This document shows positions 7,598 to 16,945 of a stretch of DNA of 25,721 nucleotides, piece after piece; the first letter of the stretch is position 1; each line of letters begins with the position of its first letter. The position numbers were made by a program, and so were the translations under genes. The DNA lies in assembly GCA_029856045.1 (NCBI GenBank), contig JAHQWG010000036.1:1-25721 (forward strand), read 5' to 3'. The notes under the pieces are model-generated. The model was given only the letters and a program-made list of their open reading frames with translations, ran no database searches and was not told the DNA's origin. This DNA is from Promethearchaeia archaeon (GTDB lineage Archaea; Asgardarchaeota; Lokiarchaeia; Sigyniarchaeales; SOKP01).

Positions 7598-9124
7598 ATG
7601 AGAACTTTCGAACAATATTATGAAGATCTTAAAAAGATGAAGCATAATATTTGGATAGGTGAAGAAATAGTGGGTAGAGACGACCCCCGAATTAGAGGAG
7701 GCATGAATATAATAAAAGAAACCTTTGATCATGTAAATGAAGAAGAATTTAAGGATTTATGCACTGCAACCTCTCATTTAACTGGGAAAAGAATAAACCG
7801 TTTTTGTCATATACACCATAGTGTAGACGATCTATTAAAAAAGCAACAAATGACTAGGCTTCTTTGCCATAGAGTAGGTGGTTGCATTCAGAGATGCATG
7901 GGAATAGATGCTATAAATGCATTATCTGTTATCACGTATGAGGTTGACCAAGCATTAGGAACTGACTTCTATAAACGATTCGAAGATTATCTTAAATTTT
8001 TTCAGGAAAATGATTTGGTCGCGAGCTGCGCACAAACTGATACTAAGGGAGATAGATTAAAACGCCCTCACGAACAAGAAGATCCAGATCAATATTTAAG
8101 AGTAATTGAAACAAAAGAAGATGGTATTATTGTAAGAGGTTGTAAAATATGCATAACAAATACTGCTTATGCTGATGAATTTATCGCAATTCCAACAAGG
8201 TTTATGGGACCTGAAGATAAAGACTATGCTGTTGCATTTGCTTTACCATCAGATTGGGATCGTGTTAAATTACTTGCTAGACCAGCATGGTTTCGGCAAA
8301 GTAAATATGGATTGGATGCTCCAGGGTTAAATATTGGTGATGTTGAAACTATGATTATCTTTGATGATGTTTTTGTTCCAAATGAGCGAGTTTTTTTAAA
8401 TGGAAGTGTGGATTCAAGGCAAACTCCCTATGCTGGTTTTTTAGCTTTAATGTTCGCTCATTATCATCGGCATTCATATACGGGTTGTAAACCAGCTGTA
8501 TCTGAAGTTATTGGAAGCGCTGCGGCATTAGTAGCGGAATATAATGGGATCGAAAAAACTTCTCATGTTAGAGATAAATTATCTCATATAATTGGTACAG
8601 CGGAGCTTGTAAATGCTGCAGGTATAGCAAGTGCGTATCGCGCTGAGAAAGCGCCTTCAGGAACTTTTATCCCAGATGAAGTTTTAACTAATGCAGGAAG
8701 GAGATTAGCTGGAGAGGAAATTTATAACGAATATAAAATACTAGCTGATCTTTGTGGTGGCTTTGTTGCAGCTATGCCCTTTGAGGGTTCTTTTTTTGCT
8801 GAAGATGTGGGTGAATTAGCAATGAAATATTTAAAGAGAAATCCAAAGATTAAGCCTGAAAATATTCTTCGTTGTATGCGAGGAATTGAAAATATGCTTG
8901 TATCAGATCTTGCTGGTGTAATGCAAGTAGCAGGATTACATGGTGGAGGCTCACCCCAGATGGAAACTATTACTATGATGGCGAGATATGATTTGGAAAA
9001 ATTGAAAAATATAGCCAAATATCTATTTGGAATAAGGAAGACATTGCCTAAATATGAAAGACCACCTGTAACACCTAGAAAAATGTTAGAAAAGTATAGA
9101 AAAGTAATGGAACTAAAAAAATAA
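7598..9124 (+). CDS. abfD: 4-hydroxybutyryl-CoA dehydratase / vinylacetyl-CoA isomerase family (FAD, 4Fe-4S)
   Basis: CIQRCMG and HRHSYTGC supply the Cys/Cys/His/Cys cluster ligands; also AQTDTKGDR and GLHGGGSP. Confidence 0.88.
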   Translation: MRTFEQYYEDLKKMKHNIWIGEEIVGRDDPRIRGGMNIIKETFDHVNEEEFKDLCTATSHLTGKRINRFCHIHHSVDDLLKKQQMTRLLCHRVGGCIQRCMGIDAINALSVITYEVDQALGTDFYKRFEDYLKFFQENDLVASCAQTDTKGDRLKRPHEQEDPDQYLRVIETKEDGIIVRGCKICITNTAYADEFIAIPTRFMGPEDKDYAVAFALPSDWDRVKLLARPAWFRQSKYGLDAPGLNIGDVETMIIFDDVFVPNERVFLNGSVDSRQTPYAGFLALMFAHYHRHSYTGCKPAVSEVIGSAAALVAEYNGIEKTSHVRDKLSHIIGTAELVNAAGIASAYRAEKAPSGTFIPDEVLTNAGRRLAGEEIYNEYKILADLCGGFVAAMPFEGSFFAEDVGELAMKYLKRNPKIKPENILRCMRGIENMLVSDLAGVMQVAGLHGGGSPQMETITMMARYDLEKLKNIAKYLFGIRKTLPKYERPPVTPRKMLEKYRKVMELKK

Positions 9125-9264
9125 ATATTTGATTTTAATAATTGAAATCTTTTTTTTTTCTTTTTTTAAGATTTAGAAATCAAGTTAAATTTTTTTTAAA
9201 CCATTAATTTATTAATAGCAATATTAGTAATAAAAAATTTTAACACGCAATTTGGTAATATTAA

Positions 9265-9987
9265 ATGTCTGATAAAGAAGAACGTGAGATTCAAAGGTTT
9301 ATGGAACTTGACAGTAATAAATTGACTAAAGGAAAAGAAAGAGAACTTGCGATACAAATAGAAGAAGATATTATGAATCAAAATGAAGTTTTAGCCGATC
9401 AAATAAATCAAGAATTTAAAAAATATAATATAAAATCCATTGATATAGTCGGTGCAATTGGCGCTGGCAAGACCGCAATAATAGAAAAAATACTTGAAAA
9501 ATTAGCTTCAAAATATAGGATATTAGTTATATGCGGTGATGTTACAACCAGAGTGGATGCAAATCGAATAGAAAAACATAATGCGGAGTCAATCCAAATA
9601 AATACTGGCCGAGAATGTGCTTTAAACGCTTATCACATAAACCAGATAATTAAAAATAAGGATTTGAATAATTATGATTTGATTATTATTGAGAATGTCG
9701 GAAATTTAATTTGCCCCTCTGATTTCATTTTGGGCACAGATAAAAGAGTAACAATTGTTTCAATTACAGAGGGGGAATGGGTTATTGAAAAGCATCCGAT
9801 GTTGTTTAAAATGTCCGATGTTGCAGTAATTAATAAAATAGATCTGGCTGAGATATTAGAAACAGACGTAGATAAGATGATAAATGATGCAAAAAAAATC
9901 AATCCTAATATTCAAGTTATAACTACAAGTGCTAAAACAGGAAAAAATATTGATAAATTAATTGAAATATTTGGTTTAGAAAATTAA
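9265..9987 (+). CDS. hypB: HypB-family metallochaperone GTPase
   Basis: GAIGAGKT, GDV, INTGREC, ENVGNLICP, SITEG, KHP, NKID and SAKTG. Confidence 0.9.
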   Translation: MSDKEEREIQRFMELDSNKLTKGKERELAIQIEEDIMNQNEVLADQINQEFKKYNIKSIDIVGAIGAGKTAIIEKILEKLASKYRILVICGDVTTRVDANRIEKHNAESIQINTGRECALNAYHINQIIKNKDLNNYDLIIIENVGNLICPSDFILGTDKRVTIVSITEGEWVIEKHPMLFKMSDVAVINKIDLAEILETDVDKMINDAKKINPNIQVITTSAKTGKNIDKLIEIFGLEN

Positions 9988-10050
9988 TTAAGTACTAGAA
10001 ATAAAAAGAAATTATATATTCAATAAGTAAAAATAAGGAATTGAAAGAAA

Positions 10051-10482
10051 TTGAAAGAGAAATTAGAAATTATTAGAGAACTTTTAGCAAATAATCAAGA
10101 AATTGATGCTTCAAAAATCCATATTTTAATGTTAGACTTATTTAAAACGCAATTTAAAGGGCTTCATGTTGAAAATTACATCGGTGATTATCCCACCTTT
10201 ATTGAACCTGTATATCTTGGAGATAAAGTTAAATTAGGCGATGATGTTCTTTTAGGACCGAATGTCTATATCGGAAAAAATTCAGAAATAGGTGATTATG
10301 TTCAACTTACTAATAGTATTATTTTTGATAATGTAAAGATTGGAGCTAACATTAACTTGGAAAATTGTATTGTTGCTAAAGATAGTTCTTTGAACTTTAA
10401 TAATCCTAACATAAAGAATTGTATAATTATCGGGAAAGCAGATTCAGAAGAAGATCTTAAAAAAATTTCTTTCTCAATTTAA
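10051..10482 (+). CDS. Stand-alone left-handed beta-helix (hexapeptide repeat) protein
   Basis: PVYLGDKVKLGDDVLLGPNVYIGKNSEIGDYVQLTNSIIFDNVKIG resembles the C-terminal domain of NDP-sugar pyrophosphorylases. Confidence 0.75.
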   Translation: MKEKLEIIRELLANNQEIDASKIHILMLDLFKTQFKGLHVENYIGDYPTFIEPVYLGDKVKLGDDVLLGPNVYIGKNSEIGDYVQLTNSIIFDNVKIGANINLENCIVAKDSSLNFNNPNIKNCIIIGKADSEEDLKKISFSI

Positions 10483-10504
10483 AAATAACATAAGACTTAA
10501 AATT

Positions 10505-10972
10505 ATGATTCGAAAGGCAGAAAAGAAAGATATTGATTCATTAGTAAAGTTGGTTATTTTATTTGAAGAAGCAATTGATGAGATTTATCAGGGTGATTTT
10601 GGTGAAATTGAGATAAATAAAGATGTAATTAAACAAATAATGATTGAGGGATTTGACGATAAATATCATACTATTCTCGTTGTTGAAGAAAATGACCAAT
10701 TAATAGGATTTGGAGATATTTGGATGTATCCCGAATTTGGCCATGCAGGTTTTGCCGTATATCTTCATAATTTTTTCATTAAAAAGGAATTTCAGAATAG
10801 AGGATACGGTAAGAAACTGTTAAAAGAATTAATCGATATAGCAAGATCGAAAAAAGCTACGGCGTTCCACATTACTACAAGTTTTAAAAATAAAAAAGCA
10901 ATTGCTCTATATAAAAAAATGGGAATTGACGATGAGGGTCTATTATTAGATAAGGTTTTAACTTATGATTAG
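10505..10972 (+). CDS. GNAT family N-acetyltransferase
   Basis: MIRKAEKKD start; acetyl-CoA motif FQNRGYGKKLL; NKKAIALYKKMG. Confidence 0.88.
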   Translation: MIRKAEKKDIDSLVKLVILFEEAIDEIYQGDFGEIEINKDVIKQIMIEGFDDKYHTILVVEENDQLIGFGDIWMYPEFGHAGFAVYLHNFFIKKEFQNRGYGKKLLKELIDIARSKKATAFHITTSFKNKKAIALYKKMGIDDEGLLLDKVLTYD

Positions 10973-10989
10973 ATTGCAAGGGATCTCTT

Positions 10990-11730
10990 ATGATTCAAAA
11001 AATTACAAATGAAATTAAATCTAAATTAAAAGAAAATGTTCGAACGCTAACTCAAGATCAAAAAGAGCGAATGTTAAAGATATTTAATTCAAGTAATCCC
11101 AATTTTAATACATATGCTCTTAAAATATCTGAGATTGAAAAGATAGTAAGAGATGTTTTTAAAGAAAACAATGCATCTTTTGATGATTCAATTGAGATTT
11201 TTAAAATTTTATTAAAATCTAATATCAACGATGAAAAATTTGCTGGATTTTTTTTTATTAATAAGTTTAAAAAACATTTTGATGAACAAACTATTAATTT
11301 ATTTCATGATGCCCTTTTCGAATCTTGTGATACCTGGGCTTTATGTGATAGTAGTGTTATTAGAGTAATTGGACCATTTCTCTCAAAGTATGATAAGTTG
11401 ACGAAAAAAACTATCGAAAAGTGGTCTCATTCTGAAAATTTATGGATTCGACGTGCATCTATGGTTAGTTTATTAAAAATTATTTCTTTAAAAAAAGATT
11501 TTGATGAGTCTTATGTATTTAACTTAGTAGAAAAAATGCTTTTGAACAATGAAGATTATATCCAAAAAGGAATAGGATGGTTGCTTAAGACGTGTTCAAA
11601 ATATAAACCTGGTATAATTTTTAATTACTTAGAGGAGAATAAAAAAACACTTCCAAGATTAATTCTTAGGTATGCTAGTGAAAAATTACCAAAAGAGAAA
11701 AGAACACAAATTCTAAAAAATAACCTTTAG
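10990..11730 (+). CDS. DNA alkylation repair protein (AlkD-like HEAT-repeat glycosylase)
   Basis: DTWALCD, WSHSENLWIRRAS, EDYIQKGIGWLLK and LRYASEKL. Confidence 0.88.
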   Translation: MIQKITNEIKSKLKENVRTLTQDQKERMLKIFNSSNPNFNTYALKISEIEKIVRDVFKENNASFDDSIEIFKILLKSNINDEKFAGFFFINKFKKHFDEQTINLFHDALFESCDTWALCDSSVIRVIGPFLSKYDKLTKKTIEKWSHSENLWIRRASMVSLLKIISLKKDFDESYVFNLVEKMLLNNEDYIQKGIGWLLKTCSKYKPGIIFNYLEENKKTLPRLILRYASEKLPKEKRTQILKNNL

Positions 11731-11815
11731 AAATTAAATTAACAATATACATTCTTAAATATGAATTTTTTTTATTCTTATAGATAAAAAATCATAGAAA
11801 TAGGAGAATTTTCTT

Positions 11816-13159
11816 TTGAGTTTTTGTTTAATTCTACTTAATTGGGAAAGAGAAAGGGGTATTAAAATAGATTTCACATATCCTGAGTCAGTAAACCTAA
11901 CAAAAGAAATAATTGATAAAATATACGCGACGCATACTTTTTTACAAGATGAAACAAAAAATGAAGAATTTATTGAGATTGATCATAAAGATCAAATTAT
12001 CATGAGTTATTTTAAGAAATCAATGGATCCAGAAGAAGAACATGAATTATTAATTTTTTTAACTCTTGCAAATGAGAAACCAGAATATTTCAATTTAAAA
12101 TTAAAAGTTATATCTTTTGCTAGAAATGTTTTTAATATTTCTAAAGAGGAACGCAAAGATTATGTTATTAATAATATTGAGGCTAAATTTTCAAAAGAAA
12201 CTCAGAAAAAAAAGATCTTAATATTAGGAAGAGCAAGTACGGGAAAAACAAGTATAAAAAAAGTAATCTTTGAAGGTAAAAACCCTCAAGAATTTTTAGA
12301 GGAATCAATTGAACCAACAAGAGGAGTTTCTCCTTCAATTTACTCTTGGTTTGATTTAACCTTAGGATTTTTTGATACTTCTGGTCAGGAATTGGACGTT
12401 TTATTAAGTGATGATCAAATACTCAGTACAGCATTTGAAAATTCTGATTATATTATATATGTATTTGATTATATTATTTGGAATTCCCAACAGCAAGAAA
12501 TCATTAATGAAATAAATAATATTTTAAGAATAATTAAAACAAAATCATATAATATGAAATTAATTCTTTTTTGTCATAAAATTGATTTGATAAAGAAGCA
12601 AAAATATGGTTCAAAAGCTTCACAGCAAATTATGGATAAATATTTTCAATTGCAAATTTCAGGGATTAGACATAAAATTGAAGAAAACTTTAATCTTCCC
12701 ATATATTTCACAAGTCTTTATCCCAAATTAATTTATAATTTATATACTGCATTTTGTGATATTTTAGGTAAATTATCACGGCAATCATTAAATATAAAAA
12801 GCTTAATTGAGGGAACAATCATAAATTTTTCAAAAACTATGGGTTTTATCACAAATACAAAAAACAATATAGTAGCACAAGTGATTTCCGAAGATTTTAA
12901 TATTGAACTTCTTAATTACGCCCATAATTTAACGGCTCAATTAAACCAAACTTTCTTAGATATGGTTGAGAATGATAATATTAATTATTTTCTATTATCT
13001 AGCTATAAAGGGTTAACTATTATCATGAAACATCTAAATCTTAAAGAGCTCAATATAATGAATTTAATTTGTATTTCAGAAACTTTAACTAATGACGAAA
13101 TAGTTGATTTAGCAATGCAAAGTGGGATTCATATTGAAAATATCTATACATATTATTAA
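11816..13159 (+). CDS. Rag/Gtr-like small GTPase with N-terminal longin/uDENN-like and C-terminal roadblock-like domains
   Basis: G1 GRASTGKTS (aa ~138), G2 EPT, G3 DTSGQ, G4 HKID (His as in Rags), G5 TSL. About 130 aa N-terminal and about 125 aa C-terminal extensions; their folds are assigned by pattern only. Confidence 0.8.
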   Translation: MSFCLILLNWERERGIKIDFTYPESVNLTKEIIDKIYATHTFLQDETKNEEFIEIDHKDQIIMSYFKKSMDPEEEHELLIFLTLANEKPEYFNLKLKVISFARNVFNISKEERKDYVINNIEAKFSKETQKKKILILGRASTGKTSIKKVIFEGKNPQEFLEESIEPTRGVSPSIYSWFDLTLGFFDTSGQELDVLLSDDQILSTAFENSDYIIYVFDYIIWNSQQQEIINEINNILRIIKTKSYNMKLILFCHKIDLIKKQKYGSKASQQIMDKYFQLQISGIRHKIEENFNLPIYFTSLYPKLIYNLYTAFCDILGKLSRQSLNIKSLIEGTIINFSKTMGFITNTKNNIVAQVISEDFNIELLNYAHNLTAQLNQTFLDMVENDNINYFLLSSYKGLTIIMKHLNLKELNIMNLICISETLTNDEIVDLAMQSGIHIENIYTYY

Positions 13160-13188
13160 AACTAAAAAAGTATTGAATATTTTTTCTT

Positions 13189-13944
13189 TTGAATTTAATG
13201 AATATTGATACATACAGGAAAACTCAAAAGTTTTTTTATCACTGCTATTTCAAGATATATCATCGATTGAAAGTTATTGGATTAGAAAATATACCAGATG
13301 GTGCAGCTCTTATTGTAGCACATCATGAAGGTGGTTATGATTTAGATAATCATGCAATAAGTTGTTGTCATCCAACAAGGGATATTCATGTCTTAGATTG
13401 GGATAAATATCATTATATAAATTCAATGTGGGGTAGATATATTTTAGTTGGAGGAATTCCTTTATGGCTACGTGGAGGTATTAGATGGAAATACATAAAT
13501 CCTTATTTACATAAAAAAGGAAGTCAATACCCATCCTTAGTATGTATCTTTCCAGAAGGAAATTCTGGAACTTTCTTAAATCGCCATATTCTTTGGAAGT
13601 TTTTCCCTGGAGTAGTTAGAATTGCCTTGAAATATAAAATCCCAATAGTCCCTACAGCTTTGATTGGATTTCAAAAGGCTAGCCCGATCTTAATTTCAAT
13701 TGAACAAGAACATGGTCCAGCTGATCCAATATATTTTCCATTGATTAATTTACCTTTTAAATTAAAAATTGAATTTGGAACCTCTTTTGAATTAGATAAT
13801 TTTTATGATAAAAAATTGACTAGAGAAGAAGAGTTCTGGATTGCCAATCGTGTAATTCGCCCAAAAATTGCAAAACTTTGTATGAAACATAGAAAAGTTC
13901 AATTACAAAAAGTAGATTTTAAGATGAAAAGACCAGACTTTTAA
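13189..13944 (+). CDS. PlsC/LPLAT-family acyltransferase
   Basis: GLENIPDGAALIVAHHEGGYD (HxxxxD-like), IFPEG, GVVRIALKYKIPIVP and IEFG. Confidence 0.85.
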   Translation: MNLMNIDTYRKTQKFFYHCYFKIYHRLKVIGLENIPDGAALIVAHHEGGYDLDNHAISCCHPTRDIHVLDWDKYHYINSMWGRYILVGGIPLWLRGGIRWKYINPYLHKKGSQYPSLVCIFPEGNSGTFLNRHILWKFFPGVVRIALKYKIPIVPTALIGFQKASPILISIEQEHGPADPIYFPLINLPFKLKIEFGTSFELDNFYDKKLTREEEFWIANRVIRPKIAKLCMKHRKVQLQKVDFKMKRPDF

Positions 13945-13982
13945 ATATCTCATTTTACTTTTATTAAAAATAGGGACTTATC

Positions 13983-14636
13983 ATGAGTTTGAAAATATAC
14001 GGTGAAAATGACTTAGATATTCATGTTGTAGAAAATGGTTGGAAAGGGAATGGTACTAAAGAAAGTCCATTTATTATCGAATCCCGTGCGAATATTGAAG
14101 ATAAAATAAAAATAAAGAATATTACAAGATTTTTACACATAAAAAATTGTGATTTTCACTCAATTTACTTAAGAAATTGTAAAAATATTGCTATAGAAAA
14201 TAATAAAATCCAATATCTCGATTTATTTAATTGTTCTAAAATTATAATTAATAATAATAAGATTTTTTTTATTGAAATACTTCACAGTCCTGAAAACATT
14301 TTTCAAAATAATGATTTAACTGAGTTTGCACTAATTAATTTAGTTAAATTCACTAATACTAAATCTCAATACAATAGTTTTATTAAAAGTATTCTTTTTT
14401 TGATAATTGGATTTAGTGTTACTTCATTAATATTTGGAATACCATTATTTACATTCGAAACAGACCTTATAGCATTTATAGTTCTTTCAGTCATATTTAT
14501 TACTCAATTTTTAGCAGTGATTGCTGGAATATTAAATCTTATAGTTCATACCAATTGGTATAGAAAAGTTAAATTTCTTCCACCTAACAAAATATTAAAT
14601 AATTCAGAACTTCTAGATTTGGAGGATTTTAATTAA
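13983..14636 (+). CDS. Short right-handed beta-helix (NosD-like) protein with two C-terminal TM helices
   Basis: GNGTKESPFII motif, repeats of the I-x-L-x-N-C-x-N-I-x-I-x-N-N type, and two hydrophobic segments at aa ~135-190. Confidence 0.6.
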   Translation: MSLKIYGENDLDIHVVENGWKGNGTKESPFIIESRANIEDKIKIKNITRFLHIKNCDFHSIYLRNCKNIAIENNKIQYLDLFNCSKIIINNNKIFFIEILHSPENIFQNNDLTEFALINLVKFTNTKSQYNSFIKSILFLIIGFSVTSLIFGIPLFTFETDLIAFIVLSVIFITQFLAVIAGILNLIVHTNWYRKVKFLPPNKILNNSELLDLEDFN

Positions 14637-14828
14637 ATTTTTACGAAATAATACATTATCTCTATACATTACCATCTATGTAATATTTTAAAATATAAAA
14701 TTTAGTATTAAGAATTAAAATTGTTTTGAAAACAACAAAAATATTAAGATTTATCAATGACTAACAAGAATGTTCAAAATTTTCAATTACTAAAATATTA
14801 GAATTATTTTAATTTTAAATTTAAGAAT

Positions 14829-15932
14829 ATGAAAAAAATTGGACTATTAATAAATCCAATAGCCGGGATGGGAGGAAGTGTTGGACTAAAAGGAACAGAT
14901 GGCCATATTTATAAAAAAGCAATAAAGATGGGAGCTCAACCAATAACACCAAAAAGACTTAGTGAATTATTATCAAATTTAGAAAACAAAGAAGATATGT
15001 TTTTCATTGCAGCCCCTGGAAAAATGGGTGCAGATATTATTAAAAATAAAGGGTTTAAATTTAATACTGTTGGGGAGATTGGCAAAGATACTTCAGCGAA
15101 GGATACAAAAAGAATTGCAAAAATGATGTTAGAAAAAAATATTGATTTACTAATTTTTTGTGGAGGTGACGGAACTGCCAGAGACATCTTTGATGCTATT
15201 GGATTGAAAAAGCCCGTTGTAGCTATCCCATCTGGAGTGAAAATGTTTAGTTCTGTTTTTGCTCTCAACCCTAGAGCAGCAGCGGAAATGGTGGATGCTT
15301 TTATAAAAGGAACAGATACCCAAGAAAAAGAAGTTCTCGATATTAATGAAGATTCTTTCAGAAAAGGCATATTGGATTCAAAATTGTATGGTTATTTAAA
15401 GGTTCCGAATATTAAACGCCTATTACAATCAGGAAAAATAGGTTCAAAAATCAATAAGACTGCAGCGGAAAATAAAATAGAAATTGCCGATCATATAATT
15501 GAAAGTATGAAGAACGATATTTTATATTTATTGGGCCCTGGTACAACTGTTAAAGGAATTACTGATGCGTTAAATTTACCTAAGACTCTCCTTGGAATCG
15601 ATGCCATATATAATAATAAGCGAGTTGGAGAGGATTTAAATGAGGAAGGTATTCTAAGATTACTTGATAAATATAATAATGTAGAAATAATAGTTTCCCC
15701 TATCGGAGGGCAGGGGTTCATTTTTGGAAGAGGAAATAAACAATTAACCCCAAAAATCATTTCAAAAGTTGGAAAGGAAAACATAAAAATTGTAGCAACA
15801 GTAGATAAAATGAAAGGATTAATGTGTTTGAGAGTAGATACCGGTGATATTGAAGTTGATAATATGCTAAAAGGTTATATCAAAGTAATTATTGGATATA
15901 AAGAAGAACTCATAACGCAAATAGAATGTTAA
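14829..15932 (+). CDS. ATP-NAD/AcoX kinase family protein
   Basis: INPIAGMGGSVGLKGTDG, GGDGTARD, IPSGVKMFS and GGQGFIFGRGN. Confidence 0.85.
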   Translation: MKKIGLLINPIAGMGGSVGLKGTDGHIYKKAIKMGAQPITPKRLSELLSNLENKEDMFFIAAPGKMGADIIKNKGFKFNTVGEIGKDTSAKDTKRIAKMMLEKNIDLLIFCGGDGTARDIFDAIGLKKPVVAIPSGVKMFSSVFALNPRAAAEMVDAFIKGTDTQEKEVLDINEDSFRKGILDSKLYGYLKVPNIKRLLQSGKIGSKINKTAAENKIEIADHIIESMKNDILYLLGPGTTVKGITDALNLPKTLLGIDAIYNNKRVGEDLNEEGILRLLDKYNNVEIIVSPIGGQGFIFGRGNKQLTPKIISKVGKENIKIVATVDKMKGLMCLRVDTGDIEVDNMLKGYIKVIIGYKEELITQIEC

Positions 15933-15957
15933 ATTTATTATTGAAGGACATTAAAAT

Positions 15958-16932
15958 ATGAGAATTAGATTAGATAAAAATGAAATGTTTAAACCCCCTC
16001 CAAAAGAAATTATTGACCCAGTAAAGGAAAGTATTGAAAATATAAATCGTTATACTCCCCAAGTCAAAATAGAAGAATTAATTGGATTAATATCTGATTA
16101 TACAAAAATACCTCAAGATTCAATAATTTTAAGTTCAGCTTCAGATATATTGATAAAAGAATTTATTTATCTTTTTGCAAGAAATCGACAGATAATTATT
16201 GCAGATCCAACATTTTTTTTGGTCACAAATACCGCTCAAAAAACATCTTCACCGTTGTTAAAAATCAGATTAAGAGAACCCGAATTTAAAATTTCTTTAG
16301 AACAATTTATTGATGAAATTAATAAACCAACTATGATTGTGTTTGACAATCCTAATAATCCCACTGGATCTTTGCTATTAAATAAAAAAGATGTAAAGAC
16401 AGTTTTGGAAAATGAAAATGTGATATTTCTAATAGACGAGGCATATTTCGAATTTTCAAAGATATCTTATGTAAATTTATTGAATGATTTTCCTAACTTA
16501 GCTATTGTAAGGACATTAAGTAAATCTTTTGGTTTAGCGGGTTCTGGAATTGGGTATATACTTTGCGGAGATGTTATAAAAAGGAAATTTATTGGTTTAG
16601 AAACTATGCTACCTTATCCTAGTGTCGTAGCTGCTATTAATGCATTACAAAATTTGGACTACATGAAAAAATATATTAATGAAATTGAAAAGGAAAAAAA
16701 AAGGATAATAACTTCAGTTTCAAAAATGGGAATTATGGTTTTTCCAAGTTATACCAATTTTATTTTAATGAAAACTGGTATTCAAAACATTTCTCAAAAT
16801 TTAGTAAAACTAGGAATTTATGTTCACGACATATCTGAGCAATTAAGTTCAGAATATATAAGAGTAACAATAGGAACCGAAAAAGAAAATAATTATTTTT
16901 TAAGTTATATTGAACAATTAACTAAATCTTAG
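15958..16932 (+). CDS. HisC/CobD-like fold-type I PLP aminotransferase
   Basis: RLDKNE, NRYT, NPNNPTG, DEAY, RTLSK(PLP Lys)SFGLAG and IRVTIG. Confidence 0.82.
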   Translation: MRIRLDKNEMFKPPPKEIIDPVKESIENINRYTPQVKIEELIGLISDYTKIPQDSIILSSASDILIKEFIYLFARNRQIIIADPTFFLVTNTAQKTSSPLLKIRLREPEFKISLEQFIDEINKPTMIVFDNPNNPTGSLLLNKKDVKTVLENENVIFLIDEAYFEFSKISYVNLLNDFPNLAIVRTLSKSFGLAGSGIGYILCGDVIKRKFIGLETMLPYPSVVAAINALQNLDYMKKYINEIEKEKKRIITSVSKMGIMVFPSYTNFILMKTGIQNISQNLVKLGIYVHDISEQLSSEYIRVTIGTEKENNYFLSYIEQLTKS

Positions 16933-16945
16933 GTGAAAGTAAAAT

